From an uncultured Candidatus Saccharibacteria bacterium (GTDB taxonomy: Bacteria; Patescibacteriota; Minisyncoccia; Phycocordibacterales; XYD1-FULL-46-19): a stretch of DNA of 64,000 nt. The translations under genes and the position numbers were made by a program. Where the stretch lies: assembly GCA_964639285.1 (NCBI GenBank), contig CAZXCI010000001.1, forward strand, positions 219,757-283,756, written 5' to 3'. Of this stretch, positions 29,056 through 38,906 are shown in pieces. The notes beneath the pieces are model-generated. The model did no database searches and had not been told where the DNA came from. It saw nothing but the letters and a program-made list of their open reading frames with translations. The stretch's first letter is position 1, and each line of letters begins with the position of its first letter.

Positions 29056-32016
29056 TTATACCACAAAGTTTACCAATTTATCCTTAATATATATGGCTTT
29101 TTTATACTTCCCTCTTTCGAGCCATTTACTAACAGTTTCGTCGTTTAGAGCTTGTTTGATAATATTTTCCTCGATCTGGTTAGCCGGGAGATTGAGAGTT
29201 GCTCGGGTTCGGCCATTGATCTGAACAATAATCTTTACTTCAGAGACGACTAATTTCTTTGGATCAGCCGTCGGCCAAGCAGAGAGATGGATAGACTTTT
29301 TCTCACCTAAGTTCTGCCACAATTCTTCGGCCAAGTGAGGGGCAAAAGGGGCCAAGATTTGCAAGAATAATTTGAATTCATTTTTATTTATTACCTCACT
29401 CTTCTCATATTCGTTGACCAAAATCATCATCTGAGAAATAGCTGTGTTGAAGGACATGGCTTCAATATCATCTGTTACTTTTTTAATCGCTTGGTGGGTT
29501 AGTTTTTCTATTCTCTGAGTTTCGAGCGTTGAACGGTTGCTTGATTTTACTTTTTTACTCACTCGCCAAATTTTCTCTAAGAAACGATAAGAACCAATAA
29601 TACTCGCCGTATCCCAACTAATCGCTTGGTCAAAAGGCCCCATAAACATTTCGTAGAGCCTTAGAGTATCGGCTCCATAACTTTCAATAACCATATCCGG
29701 GTTAACAACATTACCTCTCGATTTAGACATTTTTATTCCTCCTTCGCCCAAGATCATACCGTGCGAAGTTCTCTTCTGGTAAGGTTCAATAGTTGGGACA
29801 ACCCCAAGATCATAGAGAAACTTATGCCAGAAACGTGAGTAGAGAAGGTGAAGAGTCGTATGCTCCATTCCTCCATTATACCAATCTACGGGCGTCCAAT
29901 ATTTAGCTTTCTTAGGGTCAAGGGGGTTGGTTTTATTTTGAGGATCAATGTAACGAAGATAATACCAAGAAGAGCCTGCCCAGTTGGGCATGGTATCGGT
30001 CTCGCGCTTGGCTGGGCCATTGCAGACAGGGCATTTTGTCTTTACCCAATCAGAAATAGCCGACAGAGGAGATTCGCCCGTTTTTGTTGGCTTATATTTC
30101 TCAACATGGGGAAGAACTACCGGTAAATCTTTCTCGGGTACCGCTTGCCAACCACATTTATCGCAATGAATCATCGGGATAGGTTCACCCCAATAATGTT
30201 GCCGCGAGAAAATCCAATCACGCAATTTGTATCGTGAGACCTGCCGCCCTCGAACAAATTTTGTCATCGCCTTTTTTGCCTGTTCGTTATTGAGGCCAGT
30301 CCATCGTCCGGAGTTCACCATTTTCCCTGACCCTGCGTAGGCCTCTCCGGCGTGATCAATAAGGGTAGGAAGGTCATTAATAATGACCGGAATAATCGGC
30401 AAATGAAATTTCTTAGCAAACTGATGATCCCTCTCGTCATGAGCGGGGACAGCCATAATGGCTCCTGTTCCATAGTCTGGTAAAACGTAATCGGCAATAA
30501 AAATAGGAATTTCTTCGTTATTGACCGGGTTAATGGCTGTGATCCCTTCTAACTTTACCCCTGTTTTTTCTTTAGTTTCTGCCGTACGTTCAATCTCGCT
30601 TCGACGTCTAGCCTCGGCGATATATTTTTTAACTTCTTTGAAGTTTATGATTTTACTTTTCCACTCAGCAACCAATTTGTGCTCTGGAGCTAAGACTAAA
30701 TATGTTGCTCCGAACAACGTATCAGCCCTAGTGGTGAAAACTTTCACCTGATCTAAACAATGATCAAGAACCAATGGCTCAACTGTCCCGCAAAAATGAG
30801 GCTTTTCCGCTTTAACTCGATACGATTCGCCACCAAGATTTTTCTGAATAATGTCTGACTCCCCTTCAGCGATTACTCCGTCGTTATCATCCTCAAGAAT
30901 AACAATTTTGCCTACATTTTTTTTGATTTTTTCTAAATCAAACTTCCAATCTATAAGATATTTAGCTGCTAAGCGTTCCTTGCCTCGAAATTTTGGCTCA
31001 ATTAGCCCTCCGACAATGACTAACTTTTTAATGGGCTTTTTAAGTCTTTCCAAAATGCGATAAGAAACAACCGAGCCGAGCGAATGACTGACAATTGTCG
31101 TATTTTCATCAAAGTTTACTTTGGAGAGAACTGTTTCCGCTTGTTCAATAACGTCAGGGACAAAAGGATGGGGCAAGTCAAAAGTGATAACTTCGTGGCC
31201 CCTTTCTTCTAACTCACGCCTGAGCCAAGGGATGAAGCAACTCTTGCTCGTGCTTCTCCACCCATGAAGGATGACGTATTTCTCCTTGGCTTTAAGGGGA
31301 AAAGAAATCTCCGCTCCTTCACTTCGGCCAATCCAATTACGCTGTTGGATCTTTATTTTTTCTAAATAATCAACAGTCTCAAGATCATCATAAAGTCGAT
31401 CAGCATATTTAGTAATTGCCAACATCCATTGATCTTTCTCTTTTTTCTCTGCTTCCGTTCCACAGCGTTCACATTTACCGTCCACCACCTCTTCGTTGGC
31501 TAGACCAGTCTTGCAAGAAGGACACCAATTGATTGTCGCCTGACTCTTATAAGCCAAACCTTTTTTGAAGAGCTGGAGGAAGATCCATTGTGTCCATTTA
31601 TAATACTTGGGGTCAGTCGTATCAATTTCTCGATCCCAATCAAAAGAGAAACCAATTGATTTGAGTTGCCGACGGAAATTGCCAATATTTTTCTTAGTAG
31701 TGATTGCTGGGTGAATGCCGGTCTTAATGGCGTAATTTTCTGACGGTAAGCCAAAAGCGTCCCAGCCGATGGGGTACAAAACATTATATCCTTGCATTCG
31801 CCTCTTGCGCGAAATAATGTCCATCGCCGTATTGCTTCTTACATGACCAACATGGAGACCTTCACCTGAAGGATAGGGGAATTCAATGAGAGAGTAAAAT
31901 TTGGGTTTCTTAGAGAAATCTTGGGCCTTATAGATGCCCTCTTTCTCCCAAACTTTTTGCCATTTAGGTTCAATCTTTTTCGGATCGTAGGGTCCCTCTT
32001 TAGAATCATTTTTCAT
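29056..32016 (-). CDS. leuS: leucyl-tRNA synthetase with an inserted alpha/beta-hydrolase domain
   Basis: FPYPSGEGLHVGH, GTGAIMAVPAHD and KMSKS motifs; extra ~180 aa at ~30754-31290. Confidence 0.96.
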   Translation of the reverse strand: MKNDSKEGPYDPKKIEPKWQKVWEKEGIYKAQDFSKKPKFYSLIEFPYPSGEGLHVGHVRSNTAMDIISRKRRMQGYNVLYPIGWDAFGLPSENYAIKTGIHPAITTKKNIGNFRRQLKSIGFSFDWDREIDTTDPKYYKWTQWIFLQLFKKGLAYKSQATINWCPSCKTGLANEEVVDGKCERCGTEAEKKEKDQWMLAITKYADRLYDDLETVDYLEKIKIQQRNWIGRSEGAEISFPLKAKEKYVILHGWRSTSKSCFIPWLRRELEERGHEVITFDLPHPFVPDVIEQAETVLSKVNFDENTTIVSHSLGSVVSYRILERLKKPIKKLVIVGGLIEPKFRGKERLAAKYLIDWKFDLEKIKKNVGKIVILEDDNDGVIAEGESDIIQKNLGGESYRVKAEKPHFCGTVEPLVLDHCLDQVKVFTTRADTLFGATYLVLAPEHKLVAEWKSKIINFKEVKKYIAEARRRSEIERTAETKEKTGVKLEGITAINPVNNEEIPIFIADYVLPDYGTGAIMAVPAHDERDHQFAKKFHLPIIPVIINDLPTLIDHAGEAYAGSGKMVNSGRWTGLNNEQAKKAMTKFVRGRQVSRYKLRDWIFSRQHYWGEPIPMIHCDKCGWQAVPEKDLPVVLPHVEKYKPTKTGESPLSAISDWVKTKCPVCNGPAKRETDTMPNWAGSSWYYLRYIDPQNKTNPLDPKKAKYWTPVDWYNGGMEHTTLHLLYSRFWHKFLYDLGVVPTIEPYQKRTSHGMILGEGGIKMSKSRGNVVNPDMVIESYGADTLRLYEMFMGPFDQAISWDTASIIGSYRFLEKIWRVSKKVKSSNRSTLETQRIEKLTHQAIKKVTDDIEAMSFNTAISQMMILVNEYEKSEVINKNEFKLFLQILAPFAPHLAEELWQNLGEKKSIHLSAWPTADPKKLVVSEVKIIVQINGRTRATLNLPANQIEENIIKQALNDETVSKWLERGKYKKAIYIKDKLVNFVV

Positions 32017-32124
32017 TCTAATACTTTAACACGAATCGCCAGAATTTCAATTTTTAAAAAGCAATTGACTTTACGTTTCCACTGATCTATCCTTCTCTTT
32101 GGAAATGGTGGTACAATTTTGTAT

Positions 32125-32341
32125 CGTTAGCTCAGACCACAACGCTTGGGGATTCCTAGGTAGCCTAGGATGAAAGAGTGAAAAACTATGGCTTTCTGTC
32201 GATTGGGACGCTGCGAGAGACCGATAACCCAGGCGGTGCGAGCTTGGACCTCGGGGAAATCGCAAATATCCCGAGGCGTAGGGGCGTTCTAGACCCATTT
32301 CCTTTCTTTCCGCCTGGTGGGTTCCGTCAGGCGGTTTTTTC
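32125..32341 (+). ncRNA. candidate structured non-coding RNA (unassigned)
   Basis: TGGTACAAT upstream, several internal hairpins, and a terminator ccgcctggtgggttccgtcaggcggtttttt. Confidence 0.3.
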
Positions 32342-32435
32342 TTGCCTAAATATTCAAACTATGACAGAAATGGAAGTGGAATAATATTGTGTCGTTTGGA
32401 AAGTTAATCTCAACACCCTGAAAGGAGGTGGCTTT

Positions 32436-32810
32436 ATGTCAGAAGACAATTGCCTTGATAGTGGAGAAAGAAAGACGTTTGAAGAAGCCAAGAAGACACT
32501 TTTAGACTTTCTCGATCAACTTGAGCCAGATGAACGGAGAGAAAAAATAGACGATTTCCTGCATCTTCTCAACTTCGAACGCCGCTTTATGCTTCTTACA
32601 GACGAGGAAAGAGCGCACATGATGGACGAGGGCCTTTCTCCCGAGCAAAGAAAAGCCCTCGATAAAGACAAGGCTTTGTCAGAGGAGGCTTACGAAGAAC
32701 GATTAAAAGGTTATGCTAGGGCGACATACTTCAGGCGCATGGCCTGGGCAGCTTACCTTAACGGAGAAACAGAAAAAAAGCCGTTCTCTTCTCGGCCAAA
32801 GGGAGACTAA
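32436..32810 (+). CDS. orphan hypothetical protein
   Basis: Strong SD AAGGAGGT; terminator at ~32851-32878. Confidence 0.7.
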   Translation: MSEDNCLDSGERKTFEEAKKTLLDFLDQLEPDERREKIDDFLHLLNFERRFMLLTDEERAHMMDEGLSPEQRKALDKDKALSEEAYEERLKGYARATYFRRMAWAAYLNGETEKKPFSSRPKGD

Positions 32811-32973
32811 GGTTATTTAGTCATAGCAACAACAATGCCCACTATTAGTGTCCCCTCTCTCCGGGAGGGGGCCTTTTTATTTGTTTGCAAAAGAAGGGAA
32901 ATTAGGTAGAGTAAGAGCAGAAGTTTTGTTATTTTGAAAAATTAACCCAAATTCTCGAGAAAGGAGAGAAACT

Positions 32974-33993
32974 ATGATTAGTCAAGAAGAAGTTGCTCTC
33001 TTTACCTTAGAGAGAGTGGAGAAAGAAGCTCGAGTTATTTTGGAGCTTCTCCCTAATGGGGAAATCTTAAAGAAGAGAAATCCGAATGGAAAAATCAATG
33101 TCCTCGCCGTTATTGGCCCCGGACTTGAGCCTCTTAACGGTTGCCCTCCAATGGAACAGGTCCTCTTGGCTGAAGTCGGTTTCTACCGAACAAAGCCATA
33201 TAATAGGGTTCGTTCAGTCCCATACCGTCCCAAGCAATTTGTCCTAGCTCCGGAGCAGTATGAATTAGTGGGCACTCATATCTGGGCAGAGTTGGTAGAA
33301 AGAGTAGAAAAAGCTGTCGAAGGTTGGGAATACTCAACTTTCAATTTACCGGTTAGGAGGGACTGGCTGAAGATAACTACCCGGGAAATAGAGACCTCTT
33401 TCCCGCGAAGAAGCTTTGTTCGTGGTTTAAGTTTTAGCTTGGATCAGAGGGATAAAAGGCTTTTTCAGGATTTGTGTTGGGCCGAATTCCATCTGAATCC
33501 TCAAACTAAGAAGATGATAAACTGGCTTGCAAAATTTATCGAGGGAGCTCTTTCAAAAAATAAGAAATTTTTGACACCTCAACAATTTCAACGTTTGAAA
33601 GGCTATCAGGTAATCCAGCAATTATTAGCTGGGCGCAATTTCCCCCCTCACCTGCTTCCAGATGTCCTGATGTCCTCTCCCGTCGGGAAAAAACATCCTC
33701 ATATTCACAATCTCGCTGAATCCGATCTTTTCTCTTGGGACCTAAGTCCAACGGAAGCAATGAAAATGAGGCAAGCATCCCTTCCTGGCCAAAAAGAAAG
33801 ATTAAGGGGGGTTCAAGCACGAATTCGTTCCTTTAGAGAGAACTATGTCGTTTTTGAGATCCTTCCTCGACCAGATTTTCTTTTGAAGCTTGTCTCAGAA
33901 AAAACAAAGGGTGACGAGCCAGAAATTTTTTCCAACAGGAAACTTCAGTATTTAAGGCCAGCTGAGTCTACTGACGAAGAGATCCCCTTCTAA
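32974..33993 (+). CDS. orphan hypothetical protein
   Basis: SD AAGGAG; 339 aa ending in an acidic DEEIPF tail. Confidence 0.75.
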   Translation: MISQEEVALFTLERVEKEARVILELLPNGEILKKRNPNGKINVLAVIGPGLEPLNGCPPMEQVLLAEVGFYRTKPYNRVRSVPYRPKQFVLAPEQYELVGTHIWAELVERVEKAVEGWEYSTFNLPVRRDWLKITTREIETSFPRRSFVRGLSFSLDQRDKRLFQDLCWAEFHLNPQTKKMINWLAKFIEGALSKNKKFLTPQQFQRLKGYQVIQQLLAGRNFPPHLLPDVLMSSPVGKKHPHIHNLAESDLFSWDLSPTEAMKMRQASLPGQKERLRGVQARIRSFRENYVVFEILPRPDFLLKLVSEKTKGDEPEIFSNRKLQYLRPAESTDEEIPF

Positions 33994-34030
33994 TACCCTG
34001 AGTTTAGCTTGACTAGGCTCAGGGTATTTT
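33993..34030. terminator. bidirectional terminator hairpin
   Basis: ataccctgag...ctcagggtat between convergent genes. Confidence 0.65.
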
Positions 34031-34703
34031 AATTTTTTTCAATCCCAATGATTCTACCGTCATCAATGCGCACAATTTTTTGAGCCATCGCGCCATATGG
34101 TTCTTCGTGAGTGACCATGACGATGGTCTGGCCCGCTTCATGTAGCTGTAAAAAAATTTTCATAATCGCTCGTGATGATTCGTTATCAAGATTAGCCGTT
34201 GGCTCATCGGCGAAGAGGATATTAGGATCATGTGAGATGGCCCGAGCAATACTTGTTCTCTGTTGTTCGCCACCAGAGAGTTGGCTCGGCAATTGATGAA
34301 GGTGATTTACCAAGCCCACTTTTGATAATGATTCAAAAGCGAGTTCGTAAGCTTTACTTTTCTTTGTTCCTTGCATCAAGAGAGGAAGAACCACATTTTC
34401 TAGGGCCGTAAGTTCGGGAATCAACGCATAATCTTGGAAGACATAGCCCAGTTTTTCTAGGCGAAATCTAGTCTTCTCTTCGGGGCTCATGGTGTGGACA
34501 TCATGATTCTCAATATAAATTTCACCACTTGTCGGCTCATCAAGAAGGCTCATCTGATACATTAAAGTACTCTTGCCTGCCCCTGACCGACCCATAATGG
34601 CGATGAACTCTCCTGTTTCAACTTTAAAGTCAATCCCCTTGAGAACCTGGGTTTCAACATCGCCGATATGGAAGGATCTTTTTAAATTTTTTACTTCAAT
34701 CAT
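34029..34703 (-). CDS. ABC transporter ATPase (LolD/MacB-like)
   Basis: GRSGAGKST, LSGGEQQR and ADEPTANLD motifs. Confidence 0.93.
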   Translation of the reverse strand: MIEVKNLKRSFHIGDVETQVLKGIDFKVETGEFIAIMGRSGAGKSTLMYQMSLLDEPTSGEIYIENHDVHTMSPEEKTRFRLEKLGYVFQDYALIPELTALENVVLPLLMQGTKKSKAYELAFESLSKVGLVNHLHQLPSQLSGGEQQRTSIARAISHDPNILFADEPTANLDNESSRAIMKIFLQLHEAGQTIVMVTHEEPYGAMAQKIVRIDDGRIIGIEKN

Positions 34704-34711
34704 ATTATTAT

Positions 34712-35971
34712 TTAATCACGCCCCAAGATGGAGTCGAGGGTATTCTTCCGCACAATCATCCAAGCGGGGACATAGCCAGCAATAATTGTAGCAAAAACTA
34801 AGAGGGCAAGGCGAAAGAATGACGAACCGATCGGGGCAACCAAAATTCCGTCACTAAAAGGGAAATTGATCGGATGAGCGGCAATATAAGGTTGAAGAAT
34901 CACATAGACAATAAAGAGTCCGATGGCCGAACCAACAATCGCGTAGAAGAACGACTGAAGAACATAAGAAATCTCAATTGCTTCACCAGAGATACCGATC
35001 CCCTTCAATATCCCGATAAACTTACGCCGAGTTATCGCGTTGATGAAGATGACGATAAAAATGGTGATCGCCGCCACGACTAAGCCAAGAGAACTGAAGA
35101 TATCGCCCAAGATAGCAAAGGTTTGAATCATATCTTTAATAAATTTTGGTTCAGCATCTTCGAAAGTTTGGACTTTAGCAACCCGACCAATGCCATTGCC
35201 AAGGAGCGAATCTCTAACCGCAACAGGGTCATAGCCTGGCTTTAATTTGATAGAAATTTCGTCAACGTTAAAATCGTTGCGACCGATGAGACTACGTAAT
35301 TGTGAGTCCACCATAAAGATTCTCATGTTAATCTCATCAACCTTACTGCTAATGATCCCCTTAACTGTCACTTCACGGACAACATCGCCAATGGCAATCC
35401 GAACCTTCGTTCCTGGATTAATATTTCCACTTAAAGTCACGAAGCCGGGGCTTTCTATTGGTAAGTATTCTTTAAGCAGGTAAGCCCCCAAGACGATTTG
35501 GTCATAGTCTCCTGGCGCGAGCCACTCCCCTTCGACAATAAATTTTGAAAGGTTCGTGACCTTATCTTCAGCGATCGGATCAATACCGGCAAAAGAAGCC
35601 GAAGTAAGATTAGCTTTATCGGTATCCTTGATTCGAGTCTTATAATCAGCTTCAACCGTTCCTCTGTCAGCATAACGGGCACTGTAGAGGTCGATACGAG
35701 GATCTCTCTTTATGATATCGATAACTGTCGGGCTATTCTCAATGTAATTTTTGTTATTTAAATTGGTGACAATAATATCACTAATATAATGACTGCGGAT
35801 TGATTCAACCGCCCCCTGGATAAGTCCCACCAGAATACCAGAGACCACCACCAAGTTGAGGAAGGTTAGGACCATCACGAAGGTAATGAGGATGTTAGTC
35901 CAAATACTCGCGCGCTTAACTTGACGCACGGCGAGGAAAAAACCGATGCGATAATTGAGCCAAGAAAACAT
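34712..35971 (-). CDS. ABC transporter permease (FtsX/MacB/LolE-like)
   Basis: 4-TM layout with a large extracellular domain; IGILKGIG motif. Confidence 0.88.
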   Translation of the reverse strand: MFSWLNYRIGFFLAVRQVKRASIWTNILITFVMVLTFLNLVVVSGILVGLIQGAVESIRSHYISDIIVTNLNNKNYIENSPTVIDIIKRDPRIDLYSARYADRGTVEADYKTRIKDTDKANLTSASFAGIDPIAEDKVTNLSKFIVEGEWLAPGDYDQIVLGAYLLKEYLPIESPGFVTLSGNINPGTKVRIAIGDVVREVTVKGIISSKVDEINMRIFMVDSQLRSLIGRNDFNVDEISIKLKPGYDPVAVRDSLLGNGIGRVAKVQTFEDAEPKFIKDMIQTFAILGDIFSSLGLVVAAITIFIVIFINAITRRKFIGILKGIGISGEAIEISYVLQSFFYAIVGSAIGLFIVYVILQPYIAAHPINFPFSDGILVAPIGSSFFRLALLVFATIIAGYVPAWMIVRKNTLDSILGRD

Positions 35972-35972
35972 A

Positions 35973-37433
35973 CTAATCAGTTTTAGGATTAACAATCACT
36001 AAGTCCCCTTCTTTAAGCCCCGAGATTATCTCTGTTTGGCCAAGAGCCCCGATGTTTCCCAGAACAATCGGCTGCTTAACAGTTTGCTCACCAACCTTAA
36101 GTTCTACAAATTTTTGCCCGTCGAGAGTGATAATGGCGCTTGGAGGAACAGAGATGACTCCCGGCTTGCTGAGTGTCGTCAAGATAATATTAGCGGTCAT
36201 CCCTGATTTAATACGAGAATCATTATGAGCAAATTGAAGTTTGACCTTGTAAGTTGAGACACCGTCTCGGATAGTTTCGGCTGGGTCAATAGCAATAATT
36301 TGAGCATCAAAAATGACATCTGAACCATAGGCATCAAGAGTAATCTTTGCTGGATTGCCAACCTTGATGTTCGCGATATTGATTTCGGGGACGAAACTCT
36401 CAATTTGGAAGAGCCCCGAGTTAATCATCGTCACCGTCGCTTGGCCAGCAACCGCCAGCTCGCCCGTCTTAATATCGAGACGAGTGATAATTCCAGCAAA
36501 GGGGGCGCGAAGGAAATAGTCAACCATGTCGTTTTCCCTCTGCTTCACGATCAAACGTTGGCCGTCAATATCAAAGTTAGAATTTTTAAGAGTATTACGG
36601 CTGGCGATGATCGAAGACAAACTATTGTTTACCGTTTGAAGCCAAGTATTGATATTCGTTCGATCGCTCACCAAGCTCGCAACAGAGACCGAACCCATAG
36701 ACTTAAGTTCGTAATCATAAAGATAATTGATATGGAGATTTGTATCCTTGGTCGTCTGGGTAAGGGCCTGGAGCATGGTATAAGTCTCTTCAATTAGATT
36801 TTTTACGGTCTGTGAAGAGATCGGCTGAGTTGCCCCTTTGTAATCAGCGAGGACTTTTTCATACTCGGCCAAAGACTTGTAAAAACCGGCTTGAGCCACC
36901 CTATAATAATTACGGCTCGTTTCGTTTGGTAAGCTAGTCAAGTAAGGCGAAAGTCGGTAATTATTCAAGACACTATCTAGGCCATTGATAATTGTCGGAA
37001 GATCAGAGAAAATTTGATTAATAGTATTTAGACTATCTTCAGAATCCTTATCTAGACCCGAGGAACCACTCAAACTACTGTTTTCAGTCATTTTTCTAAG
37101 TTCTACCTTGGCATTCTCAAGAGCCAAGACCGCATCGCGCGAATCAAGTTCGGCGATTAGTTGTCCAGCACCAACATTTTGCCCGACAGCAACAGGAACA
37201 TTAGATATTTTTCCACTTTTGTTGAAACCGAGATCAACACTCTTAGCCGGGATCACTTTACCTGAGACGGAGACTGTTTGGACAAAGTCCGCCTTTTGAA
37301 CAATTTGAATTTCTTCCACAACTGTATCTTTCTTGTACCAGACAAAATAATAGGCAATTACCCCAATAATCGCGACAACGATAACAATAATGAAGTACCC
37401 CTTAACTTTTCCCAGGAAATTTTTCTTTGTCAT
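35973..37433 (-). CDS. HlyD/MacA-family membrane fusion protein
   Basis: VSVSGKV, lipoyl-like halves, LRAPFAGII and IKSGMTAN motifs. Confidence 0.88.
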   Translation of the reverse strand: MTKKNFLGKVKGYFIIVIVVAIIGVIAYYFVWYKKDTVVEEIQIVQKADFVQTVSVSGKVIPAKSVDLGFNKSGKISNVPVAVGQNVGAGQLIAELDSRDAVLALENAKVELRKMTENSSLSGSSGLDKDSEDSLNTINQIFSDLPTIINGLDSVLNNYRLSPYLTSLPNETSRNYYRVAQAGFYKSLAEYEKVLADYKGATQPISSQTVKNLIEETYTMLQALTQTTKDTNLHINYLYDYELKSMGSVSVASLVSDRTNINTWLQTVNNSLSSIIASRNTLKNSNFDIDGQRLIVKQRENDMVDYFLRAPFAGIITRLDIKTGELAVAGQATVTMINSGLFQIESFVPEINIANIKVGNPAKITLDAYGSDVIFDAQIIAIDPAETIRDGVSTYKVKLQFAHNDSRIKSGMTANIILTTLSKPGVISVPPSAIITLDGQKFVELKVGEQTVKQPIVLGNIGALGQTEIISGLKEGDLVIVNPKTD

Positions 37434-37477
37434 GGCTATATCCTAGCATATTTTAGGCTTGGAATTCAATTTTGAAC

Positions 37478-38035
37478 CTAACCCTTAAATTTCTTCAAAC
37501 CTAACCAAATTAAGGTCGCCAGAGCCAGACCCAAGACAATAACTCGAAGGTAATCGTCCATTGCCGACCAGTAACGGATAGTTCCGACAACAAAGGAAAT
37601 TAACCCGCCATAAGATAGTCCTGTCGAAATCACAATATTGGCAGATAAAAGTAAGCCAACAAGCAGAGACAATATTCCCAAAATAATTAAAACCAAGAAG
37701 ATATTGCGATTATACAAATCTCGAGCTGTTCCAAAATTCTTTTGGCAAGTGAAGAAAGTGTCGCAATAACCACTAGTGACCGGTCTCGTCTGGTCAAAAT
37801 TAACAGGGCTAGCAGGCGAAGGAATAAATTTTTCGTTAGGATTACTATTCCAAGCTCCGCCGACTTCAAGGCAGGCTTTCTCTCCCTCGGGTTGAATATT
37901 AACTTGTTTCGTCGGGCAAAAGTCTTCGAAGTTTGGTTCGTTATAAACCAGCCTCAGCGCAAAATGGAAAAACAGGTTGAGAACAATCACAATACCAATA
38001 ATCAAAGCCCACTTTAAGAGATTTTTATTATTCAT
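37478..38035 (-). CDS. membrane protein with a Cys-containing extracellular loop
   Basis: 4 TM helices; ATG at 38035. Confidence 0.7.
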   Translation of the reverse strand: MNNKNLLKWALIIGIVIVLNLFFHFALRLVYNEPNFEDFCPTKQVNIQPEGEKACLEVGGAWNSNPNEKFIPSPASPVNFDQTRPVTSGYCDTFFTCQKNFGTARDLYNRNIFLVLIILGILSLLVGLLLSANIVISTGLSYGGLISFVVGTIRYWSAMDDYLRVIVLGLALATLIWLGLKKFKG

Positions 38036-38242
38036 ATATCTTAATGGTAGCAGATTTTTACCTAAAACACACCCGCCAAACCCCCTACTCACTTTTAGCC
38101 GAGGCTCAACCTCGACTTTTGCATTACCTCTTTTCCTTGCCTAAATATCCAAATTATGGCAGAAATAGGGGCGGAATTTTGTTTAAAAATTTGTGTTGTT
38201 TGAAAAATCAACCCCTCTTAGAAGGGAGAAAGGGAGACTATT

Positions 38243-38710
38243 ATGAGTACAGGGCTCGGATTTCTCGCATCACTTATCTCGCTAACGGTAGTGTTTTACG
38301 GTTTACCGATACAAATTTTAAAAAACTACCAGAACAGGAGTTGTCGAGGTCTATCTTTGGAGCTGGTCGTGGTGACGTTTTTTGCTTACTCAACCTGGTC
38401 GGCTTACGGTTTGACAAAACCAGACTGGTTTCTTTTCGCTTCGCAAACTCCAGGAGCAATATTGGCCCTTCTGATTATTCTCCAATTTGTGAGGTACGAG
38501 GATCTGGTCAGAAGAATTAAAAAAGTGGCAAGGCAAGGCTGGGAAGACTTTCGTTGTACTTGCCCCAAAGAATGCGATTGCGAGATGCCTAAACCGGATA
38601 ATTGGAAGGGAGGAGAAAGGGTGTGGCGATACAGCAACAATTGCCCCATCCACAATGAGGAACCCGAACCAGACCCAGACTGCCCAATTCATGGAGATGA
38701 ATGGGAATAA
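38243..38710 (+). CDS. SemiSWEET/PQ-loop protein with a Cys/His-rich C-terminal extension
   Basis: LPIQILKNY..SCRGLS..W.AYG 3-TM unit; CTCPKECDC and two CPIH motifs. Confidence 0.7.
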   Translation: MSTGLGFLASLISLTVVFYGLPIQILKNYQNRSCRGLSLELVVVTFFAYSTWSAYGLTKPDWFLFASQTPGAILALLIILQFVRYEDLVRRIKKVARQGWEDFRCTCPKECDCEMPKPDNWKGGERVWRYSNNCPIHNEEPEPDPDCPIHGDEWE

Positions 38711-38816
38711 TTTAACCCCGCCTATGATTACGACAAACTCGTTGTCAATTATGTGGCGGGTTTGTTGTTTATCCCGTTTAAAAGCCCCCATATCGTCTAG
38801 TAAAGAGCTAGGAAAC

Positions 38817-38845
38817 TTGACTAGTTAAAGCTACTATGATATAAT
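38817..38845 (+). promoter_or_regulatory. consensus sigma70 promoter with no convincing downstream gene
   Basis: TTGACT-N17-TATAAT with TG extension. Confidence 0.6.
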
Positions 38846-38873
38846 GGAAGATAGGGTGGATTCAGACCAATTA

Positions 38874-38905
38874 CCGTCAGCGCCTCCGGCGCTGACGGGA
38901 TTTTT
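38874..38905 (+). terminator. GC-rich hairpin followed by a T-run
   Basis: ccgtcagcgcc-tcc-ggcgctgacgg-gattttt. Confidence 0.6.
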
Positions 38906-38906
38906 C

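Noticed and set aside
30754-31290. Intein in LeuRS
   Set aside because: No N-terminal Cys/Ser block or C-terminal His-Asn; the motifs are those of an alpha/beta hydrolase
32170-32240. c-di-GMP-I riboswitch (GGGACGC similarity)
   Set aside because: The following AAAG and the GNRA/receptor elements are not present
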